From NCBI RefSeq assembly GCF_902713615.1, contig NW_024055497.1, positions 1,520,420-1,584,419 on the forward strand: a stretch of 64,000 bases of DNA, read 5' to 3'. Position numbers and translations under genes: made by a program. The stretch is from Scyliorhinus canicula (lineage: Eukaryota). Positions within the stretch are counted from its first letter, which is position 1. Every line of letters begins with the position of its first letter. The notes under the pieces are model-generated. The model saw nothing but the letters and a program-made list of their open reading frames with translations, searched no databases and was not told the origin of the DNA. Below, one piece after another: positions 62,635 through 64,000 of the stretch.

Positions 62635-64000
62635 GATGTGGAGATGCCGGCGTTGGACTGGGGTGAGCACAGTAAGAAGTCTTACAACACCAGGTTAAAG
62701 TCCAACAAGTTTGTTTTGAATCACTGGCTTTTGGAGCACAGCTCCTTCCTCAGTGAATGAAGATGTGGGTTCCACAAACACACATGGGCAGCATGGTAGC
62801 ACACGTGGATAGCACTGTGGCTTCACAGCGCCAGGGTCCCAGGTTCGATTCCCCGCTGGGTCACTGTCTGTGCAGAGTCTGCACATTCTCCCTGTGTCTG
62901 CGTGGGTCTCCTCCGGGTGCTCTGGTTTCCTCCCACAGTCTAAAGACGTGCAGGTTAGGTGGATTGGCCATGCTAAATTGCCCTTAGTGTCCAAAAAGGT
63001 TAGGAGGGGTTATTGGGTTACGGGGATAGGGTGGAAGTGAGGGCTGAAGTGGGTCAGTGCAGACTCGATGGGCTGAATGGCCTCCTTCTGCACTGTATGT
63101 TCTATATGTAGAAAACTTCAATGATGCAAAATGGTACTTCGAATGCGAGTCTTTGCAGGTCATTAATTCTTTGCAGGTCCAGATGGTGCGACTGGAGAGA
63201 GGGATAATCAAAGCTTAAAGATGGGTGAATTGTCTCAAGCCAGGACAGTTGGTAGGATTTTGCAAGCGCGTGTAATGGGACATGGATCCATGGTCCCGGT
63301 TGAGGCCGTACTCATGTGTGCGGAACTTGGCTATCAGTTTCTGCTCGGCGATTCTGATTTGTCGTGAGTCCTGAAGGCCGCCTTGGAGAACACTTCCCCG
63401 AAGATGTGAGACTGAATGTCCTTGACTGCTGAAGTGTTCCCCAACTGTAAGGGAACATTCCTGCCTGGCAATTGTTACGCGATGTCCGTTCGTCTGTTGT
63501 CGCAGCGTCTGCATAGCCTCGCCAACGTACTACGCCTCAGGACATCCTTTGCTGCAGCGTACGAGGTCGATAACATTGGCCAAGTTGTCCAGCAATGGTC
63601 GTGGGGGGACATGCACGACTGTAACGCGGGCAAGTCTGCTCGCTGCTCATGTCTGAAACTGTAGGCTGCCTTGTTTGTTAAGTTGTTGCTTGGGGGGGGG
63701 GGGGGGGAGGACTGGTGCGCGCGAGAGGGCGGGCGAGGGAGGGATATTTGCCTAGAGGGATTGTGTTGTAAATAATTTAAAAATTAGTAGGGGTAAATGT
63801 CTGTATGGAAAAACTCTTTCAATAAAAATTATTTTTTAAAAAAAATTTTTAAAAAAAACATTGGCCAAGTTGCACAAGTATATACCGCATACTTGGTTGG
63901 GTGGTGTTCTCACGTGTAATAGTGGTACCTATATTGATGATCTGGCACGTCTTGCAGAGGTTGCAATGACAGGATTGTGTGGTGTCATGGTCGCTGTTCT
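62635..64000 (-). mobile_element. Penelope-like element interrupted by a SINE (about 62780-63110) and an L1-type 3' fragment (63588-63856)
   Basis: GIY-YIG C-terminus QTLRQQTNGHR...IAEQKLIAKFRTHEYGLNRD. 16-bp duplication aacattggccaagttg (63572-63587, 63857-63872) with an A-rich tail. Confidence 0.85.

Overview
Eukaryotic, repeat-dense DNA from a cartilaginous fish; the repeat families look catshark-like, which is inference. Bases 1-9.7 kb are a T-cell receptor alpha/delta-type V cluster: two apparently functional V genes in opposite orientations (4610-5125 + and 8810-9313 -), each with a leader exon and a canonical 23-bp-spacer RSS, plus about six decayed V relics. About 2.9 kb further on lies an intact shark IgM-type terminal constant exon (Cmu4 plus secretory tailpiece, 12542-12933) with TM1 and TM2 exons (16521-16648, 16787-16795). 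I found no Cmu1-3, JH, DH or VH upstream of it, so it appears to be an orphan IgM 3' half abutting TCR V genes. From 17.6 kb onward is a cluster of effector-less C2H2 zinc-finger genes (two open, two broken, several 5' relics). They are embedded in nested CR1 LINEs, L1-type elements (one ORF1-only 'half-L1'-like, one lacking the endonuclease), Penelope fold-back elements with minimal hammerhead motifs, a solo LTR, many tRNA-derived SINEs and several minisatellites. No CRISPR arrays, rRNA or true tRNA genes were seen. All calls are by eye, without database searches.
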